Below are positions 63,134 to 64,000 of a stretch of 64,000 bases of DNA, in pieces. A model generated the notes under the pieces. That model was not told the origin of the DNA. It saw nothing but the letters and a program-made list of their open reading frames with translations, and ran no database searches. The translations under genes and the position numbers were made by a program. The stretch is from Pelomyxa schiedti. Its lineage: Eukaryota; Protista; Evosea. The number at the start of each line of letters is the position of its first letter. Within the stretch, counting starts at the first letter, position 1. The stretch is from positions 1 to 64,000 of the forward strand of contig JAHLWZ010000790.1 in NCBI GenBank assembly GCA_020536535.1, written 5' to 3'.

Positions 63134-64000
63134 TTAGTGACCAGTTGAAGTTGAACTAGGTTCTGAGGGTGTCGAGATTGTAGTTGTAGTTGTGGAACTT
63201 GTTGTGCTGGTGTTTGATACTGAGTTATTGCCTTCTAGGGCTAGCTTTGCATGCTTTTCCTTGGTAACAACATGCCTCCTAAAAGTGAACCCCGTTTTAA
63301 TCTGATCGAGAACAACTGCTGGGGGAGGACCTTCAAAAAATGAATGTGTGACCATAAATTGGGTGAATACCGTCGTCGGCCATTGTAGATACATTGTACT
63401 TTCTCATTACATATTCAGCATCAGGGTCTGGAATTAGCCTGGTATACTCCCGTTTAACCATTTCCTCATCCACGGCTGTTGAGAAAGCAGGAACAATTAT
63501 CCCCAGACGATGCATCAGCTTCTTCATGAACTCGTCAATGTCTGAAAATACACGGACGCCTCCAGAACTGAGGCAATCGGCATCATAGCTGGTCTTCTGA
63601 AGATTCACAATCTGTAGCCAAAATGAACACATTAATGGATAAATTGAAGACCATACACAGAACTTTCCTCCATTATCGTAAGACAGTGAAGGTAGTTCAC
63701 AAGCTGGTGATACCCTCATGCTCGAGCCAAGGACAACTGTAAGGTCGGCTATTTTTGATTCTTCTGTGGCCTTTTCCAGAGTTGCGGGTGGCAATTGTTC
63801 TCCAAAGTTAATAATCGAGTCTCTCAGCAAGCCCCGGCAAGGTTGTCCATCGGCCTATATATATATCTTTGGCTTCAACCCAGAAGAGAGGTGTCTGATA
63901 CCTTTATTGACTCACATAGCCTACCTGTTAGCCTTTTCAACTGAACAAATTGACGTTTGTGAGCACCTCGAACATCAAACAAGCGCAAGTGCTCATCACC
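63134..64000 (-). CDS. Second class IV-type sirtuin, 3' part (5' end outside window)
   Basis: CRGLLRDSIINFGEQLP, VLGSSMRVSPA, IVNLQKTSYD, VFSDIDEFMKKLM; a 40-nt GT-AG intron extends the frame to ...STGH* at 63134. Confidence 0.85.

Overview
Gene-dense, intron-rich nuclear DNA of an anaerobic amoebozoan protist. The PPDK N-terminus closely resembles Entamoeba-type PPDK and an ABP34-family gene is present, so an archamoeba such as Pelomyxa is my inference, not a database result. About 21 protein genes can be reconstructed by splicing short introns (mostly ~38-50 nt, GT/GC-AG), so the raw ORF track fragments most genes and misses CKS1. Routine genes: CKS1, CDF Zn exporter, GPI8, proteasome beta-7, PA28/REG, a CCCH protein, ZIP transporter, RME-8/DNAJC13, CPA1 Na+/H+ antiporter, PPDK, METTL4 and a calmodulin-like protein. 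Unusual items: (1) a 14.7-kb gene encoding one PH domain followed by ~25 tandem copine-type C2 domains with no vWA domain; (2) an intron-containing reductive-dehalogenase/QueG-fold (cobalamin + 2x[4Fe-4S]) gene of probable prokaryotic origin; (3) two class IV-type sirtuins carrying putative G-actin-binding modules (a CAP-C-like beta-helix and a WH2-like tail); (4) a protein made of four copies of an unassigned ~80-aa helical repeat; (5) an ABP34 protein with a symmetric Ala-rich hairpin extension; (6) a chromo/zf-4CXXC_R1/chromo chromatin reader; (7) several GC-AG introns and weak splice signals. No rRNA, tRNA, CRISPR or mobile element was recognised. All gene models were spliced by eye and have no RNA support.
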